From contig CM022670.1 of NCBI GenBank assembly GCA_012295275.1, positions 25,048,001 to 25,112,000 on the forward strand: a DNA stretch of 64,000 nt, in the 5' to 3' direction. A program made the translations under genes and the position numbers. Shown piece by piece: positions 34,001 through 47,122 of the stretch (the first letter of the stretch is position 1; each line of letters opens with the position of its first letter). This stretch comes from Chrysomallon squamiferum (taxonomy: Eukaryota > Animalia > Mollusca). Below the pieces are notes generated by a model. The model saw nothing but the letters and a program-made list of their open reading frames with translations. It ran no database searches and was not told the DNA's origin.

Positions 34001-36412
34001 GTTCCATGAATATACTGGTGAGCTGTGGTCCAACTCGTTTAGATAAACATCCATCTTTAAGACAGATTTAGAGGAATCTTTTTAGCTGTTTGATTTTGTG
34101 TTAAATAATGTTGGAATTACACATATTGTTTACAGTGTATTATACCCGTGCTTGCATTATGAATCGAGCTTTGTTTTTGTTGTCAGCTTAAACTTTCAGA
34201 AGTTCTGATGCAATACTTTTCTGGAATATAGTAATATAGGATTACAAAAACTAAAGAGTTAATATCTCTTTCTTATACAGTGATTGACTGTTACTATAAA
34301 GTAACAATATGTTATTTCATTTAGTTGTGTTGAGAATGTGCTAGTCTACTTCAAGCAATACTACAGTTTGTGGTATTTATTTATAGGTCCTGATGATGAC
34401 TGTATTGGCCCTGAAGGGATGGAAAAATTTTGTGAAGATATTGGAGTAGAACCTGAAAATGTATGATCCAATTCTATTATTTTCTTTATATCTAACTGAA
34501 ATAAACTGAAGATAACATATGCAGGTTTTTAGTTTTACAAGGAATATCATTGTTAATCTTGTTTAAATGTATAAGGAGCATGTAAGTAATTTAAATATAA
34601 AAGAACAGGAGAAAAAAGTAAAGATATCTTTTATTTGTTTTATTTATGGATTAATAAACATATGTTTTTCATACAAATCCAAAAAATAAGTATTTTTTGA
34701 AAATCTCCATATAAATTTTATTTTTAAGTGACAAACATTTCCATAGCAAAAGAAACTGTGAATAATAATTAAAAAAAGGAACCATTTTAATTTACATTAA
34801 TTGAAAATGATTTTAATTTGTATTTCAGATAGTTATGTTATCATTAGCCTGGAAGCTTGCTGCAAAAAATATGGGTTTCTTTTCACTAGATGAATGGATG
34901 AAGGGCATGACCGAACTTGAGTATGTTGCTATTTGCATAAACATACTAGAAAAACCATACAACATTAACTGCATATTAAATATTACTTTAAAAACATTTC
35001 TTACAATAACCATTGGTTACGCTAAAATGGGTTTAAGACAGGGTCATTTATATTATTAAACATATTTGTTCAAATGTTTCTGGGGGTTTTATTTTTATTA
35101 TTATTGGTTGCTTTTTGCAAATAATACATTATTTAAATTTTGTTTTCAGATGTGATAATATACCAAAACTTCAAATGAAACTTGACTACCTCAGATCAAT
35201 TCTTGACGATGGCACATATTTTAAAAATATTTATCGATTTGCATTTGATTTTGCAAGGGTAATGTTTCTCAAAACTAATAAATTAAAGAGGTCAAAATAA
35301 CATAATTACATAAGTTATTGAGATGAAAAAAAAAAATTAAAGTGTTTCTAGATTGACTTTTATATTTCTTTTATATTTCAAACAAATTGATAAATAAATA
35401 AAACTAGTTAAAAACAAATTTAATAATTTTCAGTTCAAAATAATACTGGAACTAAGTCAAATTTAAACATTTCAGGGAAAATCCATAATATTTTATTTTA
35501 GCTGTAAATTTCTTGGAAAGTAAGCAAATACCAGTTAATAAAGGTGCTCATTTTATTTAATGTAATTGATTAAGTACGTAAAACTCAAATTATTTATATT
35601 TTCAGGAGAAGGATCAGAGAAGCATGGACATAGAGACTGCTAAAGCGATGTTATCATTGCTGCTGGGAAAGCATTGGCCTTTGTATGGATCTTTCCATCA
35701 GTTTTTAGAGGTTATTATAAATCAGACTGTTTTTACTGTTTTAACTGGATCATGAAATCAGGATAGAAAACAAGTTCTTAATCTGTACGAACAGCTGAAT
35801 TAATTGGTTTATATTTTTAATCATATCAATCAAACAAGATTTATTTATTTATTTGATAGCAAAATAAATACAAAGATATTTACTTCTTAATGTTTAAATG
35901 TTATCATAGTCCTTTGTTAAATTGCATGTAGAACTATATTCGTGTTAGTAAAATAAGTTCTTTCACCATAATCTGTAATATATATTAATGTTTTTCTTTG
36001 TTTTTTGTTCAGCAATCCAAATACAAAGTGATAAACAAAGATCAGTGGTGTAATATTCTGGAGTTCAGTCGTAGTATTGCTCCAGACCTTTCCAATTATG
36101 ACGAAGATGGTGCTTGTAAGTTTGCTTTTAGTTGATGGATCTGTATGTTCTTTTGTAATTGTTATGTAATATTATTTTTAGTTGTCTGTTATATCCAGCT
36201 TGTAAGAAAAATAAATTAACAATAAAAATATATTTTCGTATCCATCACTAAGTTGTGGAAAGGAACATAATATTTCATTTACAGATAATATGCTGCAGAA
36301 TTATTTTTTTTGATTTAGATTTGTAAACATAATTTTTATACATTATTTTTCAGGGCCTGTTCTTCTTGATGAATTTGTTGAATGGTTGAAGGAGCAGAAC
36401 AAAATGAGTTGA
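24170..36412 (+). CDS. DCUN1D5: DCN1-like protein 4/5 (cullin neddylation co-E3, PONY domain)
   Basis: [11 protein letters not shown]...[49 protein letters not shown]...[21 protein letters not shown]...[13 protein letters not shown]...[18 protein letters not shown], matching recalled DCUN1D5/D4. Exons 24170-24243, 33950-34017, 34387-34460, 34829-34920, 35150-35258, 35606-35710, 36013-36115, 36354-36412 (TGA); all phases consistent. Likely a pro-orthologue of both vertebrate D4 and D5; the N-terminus may extend upstream. Confidence 0.93.
24949..25047. repeat. Near-perfect inverted repeat (46-bp arms, 7-nt loop)
   Basis: 24949-24994 is the reverse complement of 25002-25047, with 2 mismatches. 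Confidence 0.95.
27981..28320. repeat. Diverged tandem duplication, period ~180 bp
   Basis: TAGTGATA, CTCATGAATATTAAGTAGTC.GTAGT, GAAAGATACA and TTACTTTTTCTT.AAACAGAAATGA each occur twice. Confidence 0.85.
30700..30806. repeat. Minisatellite, ~3 x 34 bp
   Basis: C(T/A)GT(A/G)TCATTAAT...GTAAA..ATTC repeated three times. Confidence 0.75.
31392..32155. repeat. Locally dispersed duplicate (~75 bp) at 31392-31466 and 32076-32153
   Basis: AAAACACAAGTA.CATGATAATCATAATAAAAACATT...ATGGTCACATTTGATGTTTACA occurs twice. Confidence 0.85.
32887..32930 (+). CDS. Candidate alternative first coding exon of the DCUN1D4/5-like gene ([15 protein letters not shown])
   Basis: AGAATGG Kozak context, 14 open codons, then AA|GTAAGT. 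This phase-2 donor matches the phase-2 acceptor at 33950. Confidence 0.45.
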
Positions 36413-37864
36413 ATCCATAAGCACAAAACTACAAATTGGAGGCAGTACTTAAATTTGTTAACAAAATTTGTGCTGTTAATAGATAATCTTCCAAAAGAGA
36501 TAGATAAATATATTATCATTGTTTTAAAGACAAAACTGTTCCAGTTAACTCGGCAGACAGCATTGTGTGCTGGGTGAATGCTGCTGTTCTCACTGGAGAT
36601 GTGCACTGGGACAAACACGTCTTTCACACATTAATTACAATGCAGTAGTTCTGTTCTGTCAGTGTTCACATATGAGGTTTTGCATCTTTCAGCAAGCCTT
36701 TCAGAAAAAAAAATCAGGTTGTCTTGATGTATTTTTATTTTATAAAAGCAGTTTTTATATTCAACATCATCTACCTGTTTGTCTGTCTGTCTGTCTGTCT
36801 GTGGTGTTCAGTTCAGGAAGCAGTGTTCGTTGGTAACTTCAGTGATACTACAGCTTATGTTTAGTGCTTTAAATTGTAAAGAAGAACTTCTAGGAAACAA
36901 TGTATGTTATGGTTTCTGAGATGAGCAATATTTCACAAGTGCCAGTACAGGTTACATGCATTACAAATATTGATGATATTGTTAAAGACAAAAAGTGGTC
37001 AGATAGTATGGCTGAAGTGTGCATGAAATGTTTTGTTTTCTTAATTCTGTTTTTTCCTTCCTTTGGTGTTTTTATTGTACCTGTTTAAAAATTTTATTTT
37101 TGTTTTTATTACTCTTGCTAATAATATAAATAAGATTATTTCATGGTTGTTTCAGAAAGCAGACAAAATAGGCTAATGTAATTTTGATCAGTGGCATGAT
37201 TTTTTCTTCTTCTTTAATTTTTTTTTGTTTGCATAAAGAAAATGAAACCATGTTTTAACTATGTTATTTACATAATTTTATTGTACACGTTCTGACAAAT
37301 AAATACCATTTATAACATTATTTGACTTTTTTATTTCTCATGTTCATATTTTTAAAATTCGATTTGAAATCAGAACAAATAAGATTTTGTTTAAAAATAG
37401 GTTACTCAAAAGGATATAGAACACATAAGCTTAACATAAAGGTAAACAAAACCTCAAGCTGCCCTGATTAGTAAAAGTATTTTCTTCCTTTTTTAGAAAT
37501 TGTTCAAAATAACATAACTGATCCAGGAGGCAGCCATTCTATTTCAAATGATAACTGAAAATGCATATTGGAAAATTCAGAGCTACATTAAAATATATGT
37601 GGAATTGAAACCAAACTTGGTAAAAAAAAATAATGAAAATAACTAAAGATTATGGCAAGATTATTAACCAATATTAACAAATGTTTACCTAATAAAGATC
37701 ATTTTTGTTTTCTTCTTTTTTTATGTTTAATTTATTTCATTAAATTAAAAAAAATATTTACAGTTGCAGCTCTTGGTCCTCTCATACAAAATTAAATTTG
37801 GATCAGGTGTTAAATGAATGGGCTAACTGTAGGAATTCTTTTTGTTTCTAATGCAGATGTATTT

Positions 37865-40619
37865 TTACTTGCAATATCTGTCAGCTTTCATCTTTTCTCT
37901 CCTGTAAGTAAATTGACAAGGAAAATTACAAATAAAACATGGAAATAAAACATTGAAAATTATTTTAAACATACATTTTCAATGTGACTAAAATCCAAAT
38001 TTGATATTCCATATTTTAGATGTGCCAAAAACAATGTTCCTTTCTTGAAAACATTCAGTTAAACCTTTAACCGTATGATCTAAACAATAAAGCATTATTT
38101 CAAAATGGACATGCAGATCCTGTCAGAATAAAAGTTACCTGTCTAACAAAGTTCCATGAAATGTTCCATCTATCTTTGCTTTTTTCAGTGCTGTTTTATC
38201 TTCCTTAGATATTTTCAGTCGTCTGTCTTCAAAACTCTGAAACTTTTTTCTATTTTAAAACCAAAAAGAATATTACATTAATACATTGTTGATAGAGAGT
38301 AAGAAATTATAAGAAATGAAGAAATAATAAAGGGAAGTGTGAATTTCTTGAAAATAAATAAGAAAAGATGACATTTGAATGTTAACTATTCAATATACTT
38401 CTATTAATATATAAACAAAACAAAAATTAGGTGCAGTATTCTTCTGTCTGTAATGCTGTAAAAAGTTCACAATATGCTACTTTCTGTTCCTCTGATACAT
38501 TGGTTTTTAATAAAGATTTAAATCTAAATGAGATTAACAACAACATACACATAGTTTATTTCTGCATCCTTCAGAGATCCCCTTCCTCCTTTGGAATTTT
38601 GGCTAATGGATCTTCTTCTGTATTAGCACATGATCTTATCTAGAAAAATACCAACATTCAGCCATCAGAAATAACAAAACATTATTTTAAAACAACTAAA
38701 GCAAACAAAATCTCTTTTGAAAATATATTTTAAACAGGAAAAGATTTAAATGTAAATTTCTTTTGAAGGGGAATAACTCAATCCTACATAAATTTCAACT
38801 ATACAAATACAGTATATTTTTCTTTTCAAAGTAATTAAATTGAAAAGAATAAATTAATAGGTTGCTTAAAACATTTTAATATTAAAATTTTATGAACTGG
38901 ATATCTGAGACAGGATATTGCTATACCTTTATCATTTCATCTTCTCCTGCAGTATGATTCTTACATATGATTTTACCATCTTCTTCCACAGAGACAAATG
39001 CACCATTACAACCATTTAATGCCATTTTCCCCTAGAAATGCAGAATTCAGAGATAATCATATCCAAAGCAGAATGAACTACGATAGCAAAATAAATTGAC
39101 ACATTTATACCAAACCAATAAAACAAACCCTAAATTTTATTATTACTAAACAGTTAATATAATATTATCCTAGAATTCTCAACGGTATCATTAAACAACT
39201 TCTTACATCTTGGAACACTGGTTCAAACTGTTCTTGACTTCCCACTGCATCAGACCTTCCAATGACTTGACCCTCAGAATTTACACTGAGATATTTCCCA
39301 TATCCAGATTTAAATGCAAGTTTTGTGTCATTAATTTTGATTACTGAGAAAATTTCTGTTGGTTCGGGTCCCTCTCCTGCAAAAACCAATGATTAATTTA
39401 AGGAATATTTAAGAAAATCACAACATGGAATCAAGGCTAATAATACAAAAATAAATTCATCAATATTTTTCAGGTAGTGAAGGAGACTGTTAAGATAATT
39501 TATATAAAAGCCATTTTATACAATAATACCATAAAGTTAAACATAATCAACTTCGACTACCAAAAATCACATCTATAATGAATCCTAGTTTCTTTTAATA
39601 TACCTATACTATGCATTTGTCCAAGCTGCAGAAGGCCATTGTCAAGTGCATTTATGTAAGTCATGACACCAATTTCTACAGCAACATTTCCACTAAAATC
39701 TTCCATTTTTTCAATAATCCACCATCCACCTAAAAAAAAAAAAAAAAAAATGAAACAAAATTATGCATGGTATGTGCAAGTGAAACAAGAAGTATATCAG
39801 ATGTAACTACAATTTATTTTTTTCAAACAGCTTTTTAATTATATTAATATATATATCATGATAACAGCATTTCTATTAAATAAAAATTTTGTATTTAGAA
39901 AAATATTATAAAGATTAAAACAAATGCCTAATTTAGTATAGAAATTTCTTTTGAAAAAATATATTTTCAGTGGAAATTTCACCAAAGTGTATGATAGATT
40001 CAGTTTATAAACAAACCATGTCTCTTGACATCTTCATCATTGGTTGATTTTGATGTATCTGGCTCCTCACTAACATGTTTTCTTTTTTTGGTTTTCTTGT
40101 GCCTACAAATAAAATTGAGAATTGTTAAAATGTTTAACACAGTTACATGGGAGCACATTTTTGACCAGAAATTTTTAAATATCTATGAAACCAGATATTA
40201 CTGAACTAGTCTTGCAAGTAACATTCCTTTTTCAGTTTCAGGAAGATAAAAAAAATTAATTATACTGTTTTGCTGGATAATCAATATTTTAATAAATTAT
40301 TATCCTATGAAAAGCTTGATTAATTATTAATATTATTTATTTAATATTTAGTTATATAAAATTTTTCATGTAGAATCATTATAAAAATATTTTTTTGTTA
40401 TCGGTATCCATGGTTATGCTAGTTACTATGAGATGGTATTTTTTGTCTATCACAAATTGTCAGGTAATAATATTATTCCTTATTTTTCACGAAACATATA
40501 AATAGCAGGACAACAAAAATTACAAAATATATTTAAAGGTATGAAGAAAAACAAAATAACTGCAATAAATGAGTAATTATTCATCATTAATAGAATAATT
40601 ACATTGTGCTAGTCCTGAC

Positions 40620-40654
<35 letters not shown>

Positions 40655-41155
40655 TAACTCAACAATAATTATAATAACTATTTTCTCTAAGTCAACAAAA
40701 TCTTAGTGAAAAGAACAGAAACATAATATCTGCATTATAATCATTATTACTATCGTTAAAATAAAATTTAAAATAATATAAAAAGTAAAAAGTAAAAAAC
40801 GATTTCAGTTCAACTGATACTACTCTTCTTTAAAGTGTATGTAATCTTTATATCCAATTTTAACTTAAAACTGACTCAGTGACTGTCATGTTAGTATTTC
40901 GTTTGTCTTGACAAACAAAAATCATATTAATTCCTAAATATCGTTAACTTAAAATGCGTTAAAACTAAAACTAAAAGTAAAAGCAAAATTAATAATAAAA
41001 GTTGAACTGAAAATGATAAAATTATGACATTAATGATTAAATTATTAACAAAAATAAAAAGATTAAGAAAGAAAGAAAAAGTAATGAACACACTTGTGTT
41101 TATGCCCTTTTAATGTAAGTTTGCCTCTCTTTACAAAAGAATACGAATCGGCCAT
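37865..41155 (-). CDS. FRG1: Protein FRG1 (fascin-like spliceosome/actin-binding protein)
   Basis: [17 protein letters not shown]...[10 protein letters not shown]...[11 protein letters not shown]...EINYVKKFQSF...[15 protein letters not shown]. Exons 41094-41155, 40017-40102, 39604-39729, 39207-39376, 38927-39031, 38549-38639 (1-nt deletion at about 38582), 38139-38249, 37865-37901. Confidence 0.95.
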
Positions 41156-41239
41156 CAGTGAATATATTATATAGTTATGTCTTTAAATTTATACAATCAT
41201 TTATCTATGTGCGCAGACATAGCTTTTCTTCTTTCGTAT

Positions 41240-41470
41240 ATCCCGCCATTGCAAAAAACAAAAACAACAACGTTTCTTGGGTACGCAATAATTTTAAAAT
41301 AAAATATTTATTTGACTACATCTATATGCAAAATATCACAGCTATTTAATTCTGAATCCATATAATTAACATTCCTAAAATGCCGTTTCTTTAAGTAATA
41401 TTAATTAAATTCCCACCACCGGAAGTCCGATCTTTATTTTTTAAAACAAAAAGTCAAATGTAAACAATGT
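41240..41470. promoter_or_regulatory. Probable bidirectional promoter of FRG1 and the BTB gene
   Basis: YY1-like CCGCCATT at about 41243, ETS/GABP CCGGAAGT at 41419-41426 and forkhead-like GTAAACA at about 41460. Lies between the FRG1 ATG and a plus-strand donor GTT|GTGAGT at 41615. Confidence 0.5.
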
Positions 41471-41898
41471 CATACTATTGACAGGTGCCTGCGAGATATT
41501 AAATCATTGTTTTTATTTTATCATATGGTTTTTGTAGTGTGTTCTGATGCAGATGGAATTTTTGATTTAGTTATTTATTTTTCTATTATTAAAGAAGGAG
41601 CGAAGCAAAAAGTTGTGAGTTCCCGTCTTTTAAAACAGAATTAAACAAATTAACAGTAAGTACATGTAATTTGGGTGTATATAATATTGTCTGATTCTTC
41701 TTGTCATTCTACACGAATAAAAACACAAAATCATTAATTTCATTATTTTTTCATAACGTTTTCCTATATAAAATAATGAAATTTCAAATATATATATATA
41801 TATATAATAATATATATACAAACTAAAAAGTAATAATTAAAAAACAAATTAAAAATTAGAAATAAATATATACATGTATATATCTATCTATCTATCTA

Positions 41899-41946
<48 letters not shown>

Positions 41947-42458
41947 TATATAAATACAATGAGTAAATGAAAAGAATCTGGAGAATGTTTTTTGAATTTT
42001 TTTTATCACAGTTTTAAATTAAAGCAACATTTAATAAAATATAACATGATCTTAAAACACTTATTAATTTTAATTTATATTTGTATTTTCCTTAACTTAA
42101 ATGTTTTGTTTAATTCTATAACAAGTAATTAATTAATATTAAGAATACTTTTTCCCTGATATCACTTTTGGTTTAGGAGAGATAATTTGTTGTTATTGCT
42201 GCTATTACAAAATACCAACATCAGTTTTTTATTGGTAAAAATGTAATTAATAAGTATTAATTTATTTATTGCACAGAATATAAAATTATTTATTAATTTG
42301 TTTATTTCATAGAATGTAAGATTATAAAAAAATTAAGCAACAGCCATTTTTTTTTTAAGTTAATTTTATTATTATTAATATCTGTATTGTTATTAATGAT
42401 GTATTCTGTACTACATTATAGACCTGTGACATATTTACGAGTCAGTTAACCTATTAAT

Positions 42459-42600
42459 AAGCTATATAATTGTAAGAGATTGTTGACTCTGAATACATTA
42501 ATGGATAAAATAAATTTCATCAACAAAGCCTTGTATAACTATATAAGCTACATAAGAGATTGTTGACGTTGAATAAAATATATTTCATCAACAAAGCCTT
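42459..42600. repeat. Tandem duplication, 2 x ~70-80 bp
   Basis: TAAGAGATTGTTGAC and ATTTCATCAACAAAGCCTT each occur twice. Confidence 0.8.
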
Positions 42601-44627
42601 TATTGAGATTGTATTATATATATAAAAAAACATCTTTTGATATGCATGACTGACAGTCCATTTCCTGGGAACACCAATGTGATTAATTATGATCCTGCTG
42701 TGTAAAATTGTGTCAGTTCTTCTGTCAGGTAACATATTATTACGCTCTATTTACAGGTCATTACATTCTGTGATTGAATCATGTATGTATTTTATTTTAA
42801 ATATTTTAAAATTTGGTAGTAATTGTTTCATTTATACATTTTAAAAGAATGTCTGATAACCATCATGAAGATGTTTATTTATGTTTGTTTCCACTGTTTT
42901 CATCTTTTTTTACTGTAAATAAAATTATACAAGCTAATTTAAGTATACAACATTCAACGTTAGTAATCACTTTTATGAGCTGTTATTTTGCCATTTACAA
43001 AATAATCAGCAATTAATGTATAATAAATCACCAGTCTTGTAAATAACGGTAATACTAATAATATTTGGTTATTTCATGGTCACTGGGTAGCTGATGTAAT
43101 AGCAGGGCCAAGCTTTAATTCAGTTATATACCTTTTTTAGTTTAATTTTAAAGATTATGCATTTTTAGCAGTTTGATTTCAATACTTAGTTCATCAGATA
43201 AGAAAAGAAAACAAAAAAAATATTTTTTATTGTTATTATTTTTTTCTTTAAAATTATCTCAGATATTCTTGTATTCAATCAAATAATTATTATTCAGATA
43301 AACACAAGATTTTGATACCACTTGGTTATTGTTACTTATATCAATCCAAATTTATGTTTGACTTTTGGGTGGAATGGTAAAAATGAGAATGACTGTATTA
43401 CTCAAACATGAGCTCTGATCTGAAACTTGCTGGGTTTTTTTTCTATTTTTATTTTACATACACTTCAGTACACTTTATGGGAAATACTTAGGTATTTATT
43501 TTATTATTATCATTATTGATTTTTTTTTTTTTTGAATACATGAGTTACAAAGTTAATGTAACTGGCTAATATTTCACAGGTGATTTGTATCAGTTTGATT
43601 AGTGTTACAACCATGTGTGTTTGTTGTGGTTTATCAGCTTGTAAGCTAATACTGTCATGTGATGCCATGTAACTGATATTGATTGAGACTTATTCTGTGA
43701 CATGGAACACAACTGCAGATCAGACAGGACATGTCTGCAGTAGCACGAAACATACCATCATTTTCTTCATTTAATTTAGTCATCACCTACCATGTAAACT
43801 CAAAGCTTAGTGAAAAGGTTAGTACATTTATCATTTATATTTTTGCAGTATCATGATTTTAATTAAAAGTTAGAAGCTGTCATATTTTTGTTAAGTTTTA
43901 GATTTTTTTGTTTGTTTGTTTATTCCTTTATTTTATTTTTACAACATCAAAATGTTATTTGTTTATGCACATGCGGTTATTTTAATTAGTTTTAGAGGTG
44001 TTATAACTTTTAAAAAAAAAAATTGCCAGGTAATAACTTAATTTGATGGAAACAAATGTTGTTACAAATGTGTTTTAAAAATGATGCAGTTATGTTATAG
44101 ATCTGGAGAATTAATTACAATATAGTCAGATAGGCTAGTTTTCTTTTGTCATTAGAATCGCAGATCATATTTATTATTTAATTCTTATTGCTTGTTCAAT
44201 TATTTTAATGATTCTGTGGTACAAAATACTGACTGTGATTTAATTCTTAATAAAAAGGCAATCTTACATCTTTATTTGAGTTTTGTAGACATATTTTGTT
44301 AGTAAAGTTAAGAGATCACTGAAGAACTGACATAACATTAGCAAGCATTACACACAAACACTCACATACCAGGTACATCAAAAATTATCTCTTTATTATG
44401 AAATTAATTTTATACAATTAATTTTATAAGTTGCTGATTGTTTATAAGTTGCATATGTAGTTTTATTTATTTACTAATAGTTTGTTATTGTTATTATTTA
44501 TTTATTTGTTTGTTTGTTTGTTTTTTTTTCACTTTGTCAAATATATTTCCCTTTTATTTGCTTCTTTTTTTTTCATTTCAGTAGCATTTTTTAAATTTTT
44601 TATGTTTTGTTTGGTTTGTTTTGTTTC

Positions 44628-44665
<38 letters not shown>

Positions 44666-46924
44666 CCTTTTTTTTCTTGTGTTATTGTTTCTGAACTGTT
44701 TGTTAGGTGCAAACCATCACAGGGCAACGTGTAGATTTCAGTCAGTTCGTGTTAACATGTATTTTTTAAACTTGATATAGCTGTCATCTGTGTAACAGGT
44801 GAACAAAGGATTTTATTACCTTCTAGGTTATAGAAACAAGCATATGTCATGTTACTTTTTTTTTTATGCATATGGATGAGTGTCAAAATACAAAAATGCT
44901 TGGACATTTTTATTATCACACTTAACAGTAAAATCATATTTTAACTTTTAAAAGTACTTATTTCTTCCAGAGATACACAGTTGTTTGATATTTTTCTGAA
45001 TTCTTTGAAAAAGGGACAACCAATAAGGTAATTATTAAACCATAATAAAAATATATTTATGTTCTCAACTGGATGCATTTATGCTGTAATTTAGCCTCTC
45101 ATTAATTTATTGTTTTCATTTTTCTTTGTAATTATTTCTAAATGTCAGCAGTAATCATAACGAAAATCAGTTGTTAATAATTCTGATACAAGTAGCTGTA
45201 GGTAATATCGCATTTTTCTACTTTACTTGTCACGTCTCTGTTTTTAACATGTGCTGATCAGGTGAGTTACATCTGGCATATGCTTTTCTATTTTTGGATC
45301 AGTGGTATAATTTCCTCATAAAAAATTCATTTTATATTGAAAGTTTACATGTTAATGCCACGTTTTTCTGAAATCCTTAATCTACTACTTTTCTTTTTTT
45401 TTTTTTTTTTTTTTAATATAGAAATTAAAAAAATAATAATAAAAATAAAAGTAAAATATTATTAACAATTTATGTATCAATATTAACATAATAATCATTA
45501 TATTGAAATCAAATGTAATAAAAAAAAAAAAAATGAAATAAAATAAAACTAAAAAAACACAGAATGATATGAAATTCATCATTACCATGAGCTCTGTAAA
45601 TCAATAGTTTTTAATCAGATAAAAAGGAGAATTTTAGAAAGGCACAGTGACTTGAAGAGTAATTTTTGTTCTCTTTCTTTGTTTGATAAAATTTGTGAGA
45701 GTAGTTACAAAAACAGAAAAAAAGTACCAATTGTCAAAATGGAATTATTTTTAATTAACTAATTGATATGCCTAATTAAAACACATTTGAATTTACTTTT
45801 GACATATTTATTTTATTCATTAAAACATTCTCAACAAAACTTGAGTTAAATTTCTGTAATATAAATTAACAATTATTATTATTATTATTATTATTTATAT
45901 ATTTGGATTGATTATTATCATTTTATTTTCTATAATATAAATTAGCAATTATTTAATTTCTTTGTTTTTTTAATGTATTTAAATTGTACTTTTTATATAT
46001 ATATATATATTTAGGTTGAATTATTATAATATTATTTTCTTCCTTATGAATGAGTTGGATGTAGTTCATTTGTCAGAACATGAACCTGAGGAACAGTATT
46101 TTACAGGATTAATTCATCTGAAAACCTTACTGAGCTATTTCCCATTCTACAAACAATCCCACAATTGAACTGTCAAACTTTCTAGTCTGTGTATAAATTT
46201 CTTTTAAAATATCTTGACCTGTTAATTAAATGGGTTTCCAAAAAACTATATTTTACAGCTAATTCAGTTATTATGTTGATGGGTTTTTTTTAAATATTAT
46301 TCATTCATCAGTCTATAAGTAAAAACGTTTGATCAGCATTGTGATATAGTAAATATTTTCGAATTTATGTATAAATTAATTTTAATTAGTTTTGCCACAT
46401 AGTTAGTGTAGTGTAAAAAATAAGTAAATAAATAAATAAATAAAATAACTTAAAAAAGCATTTAGATACAAACAGACAAAAAAAAAAATAATGATAATAA
46501 ATAAAAAAATAAATAAAAATAAAATTATATATTTGTATCTGTGTGTGTGTGTGTGTGTGTATGAATGTGTAAAATGTTTTTAATAAAAATTATTAAAAAT
46601 AAATAAAAAGATAGTTCTTAATATTATTTATTCAAGCATATATTTACATTAAAAAACTTTTTTTTTTAAAATACTAAAAAATTGTTTCGAAAGAGATGAA
46701 CAATGAATAATTTTGATGACATTTTTGTTGTCCTGCATAGGTGTATTTATTTCAGGTGAATGACACTTTAATACAGCTTTGTGTTAAGTAGATATTACAT
46801 TTAACACTGCTTTGTGTTTATACGGTCTGTTTATACTGGGTTATTCTGGGTGACCTGCTACCGCTAAAGCAGAGAATGTTCTATTCAGGTCATATAGTGA
46901 TTTGAGCAATTAGACTTTGTCAAA

Positions 46925-47122
46925 ATGGAGGTCCAGCCCAAAAGACCAATAGAAGAACATGCAGCTTTGGCTGATAACCAAAGAGAAGTGCAGTCAGTGG
47001 CTAACAGCATAGCAAACAGTGGTACTGCAACAAATGCTGTAACTACATCAAATAATGTGTCACGTTGTGTAGGTCAGACTTTAGCGAAGGCCATTTCAAG
47101 AAAACGTTTGCCTGGAAAGCAG
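46925..47122 (+). CDS. Upstream coding exon of the BTB-BACK gene (66 aa N-terminal extension)
   Basis: AAAATGG Kozak context, 66 open codons (MEVQPKRPIEE...RKRLPGKQ) and a CAG|GTATAC phase-0 donor. In frame with the acceptor TTTTTCTTCAG|AAA ATG at 51663. Confidence 0.6.
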
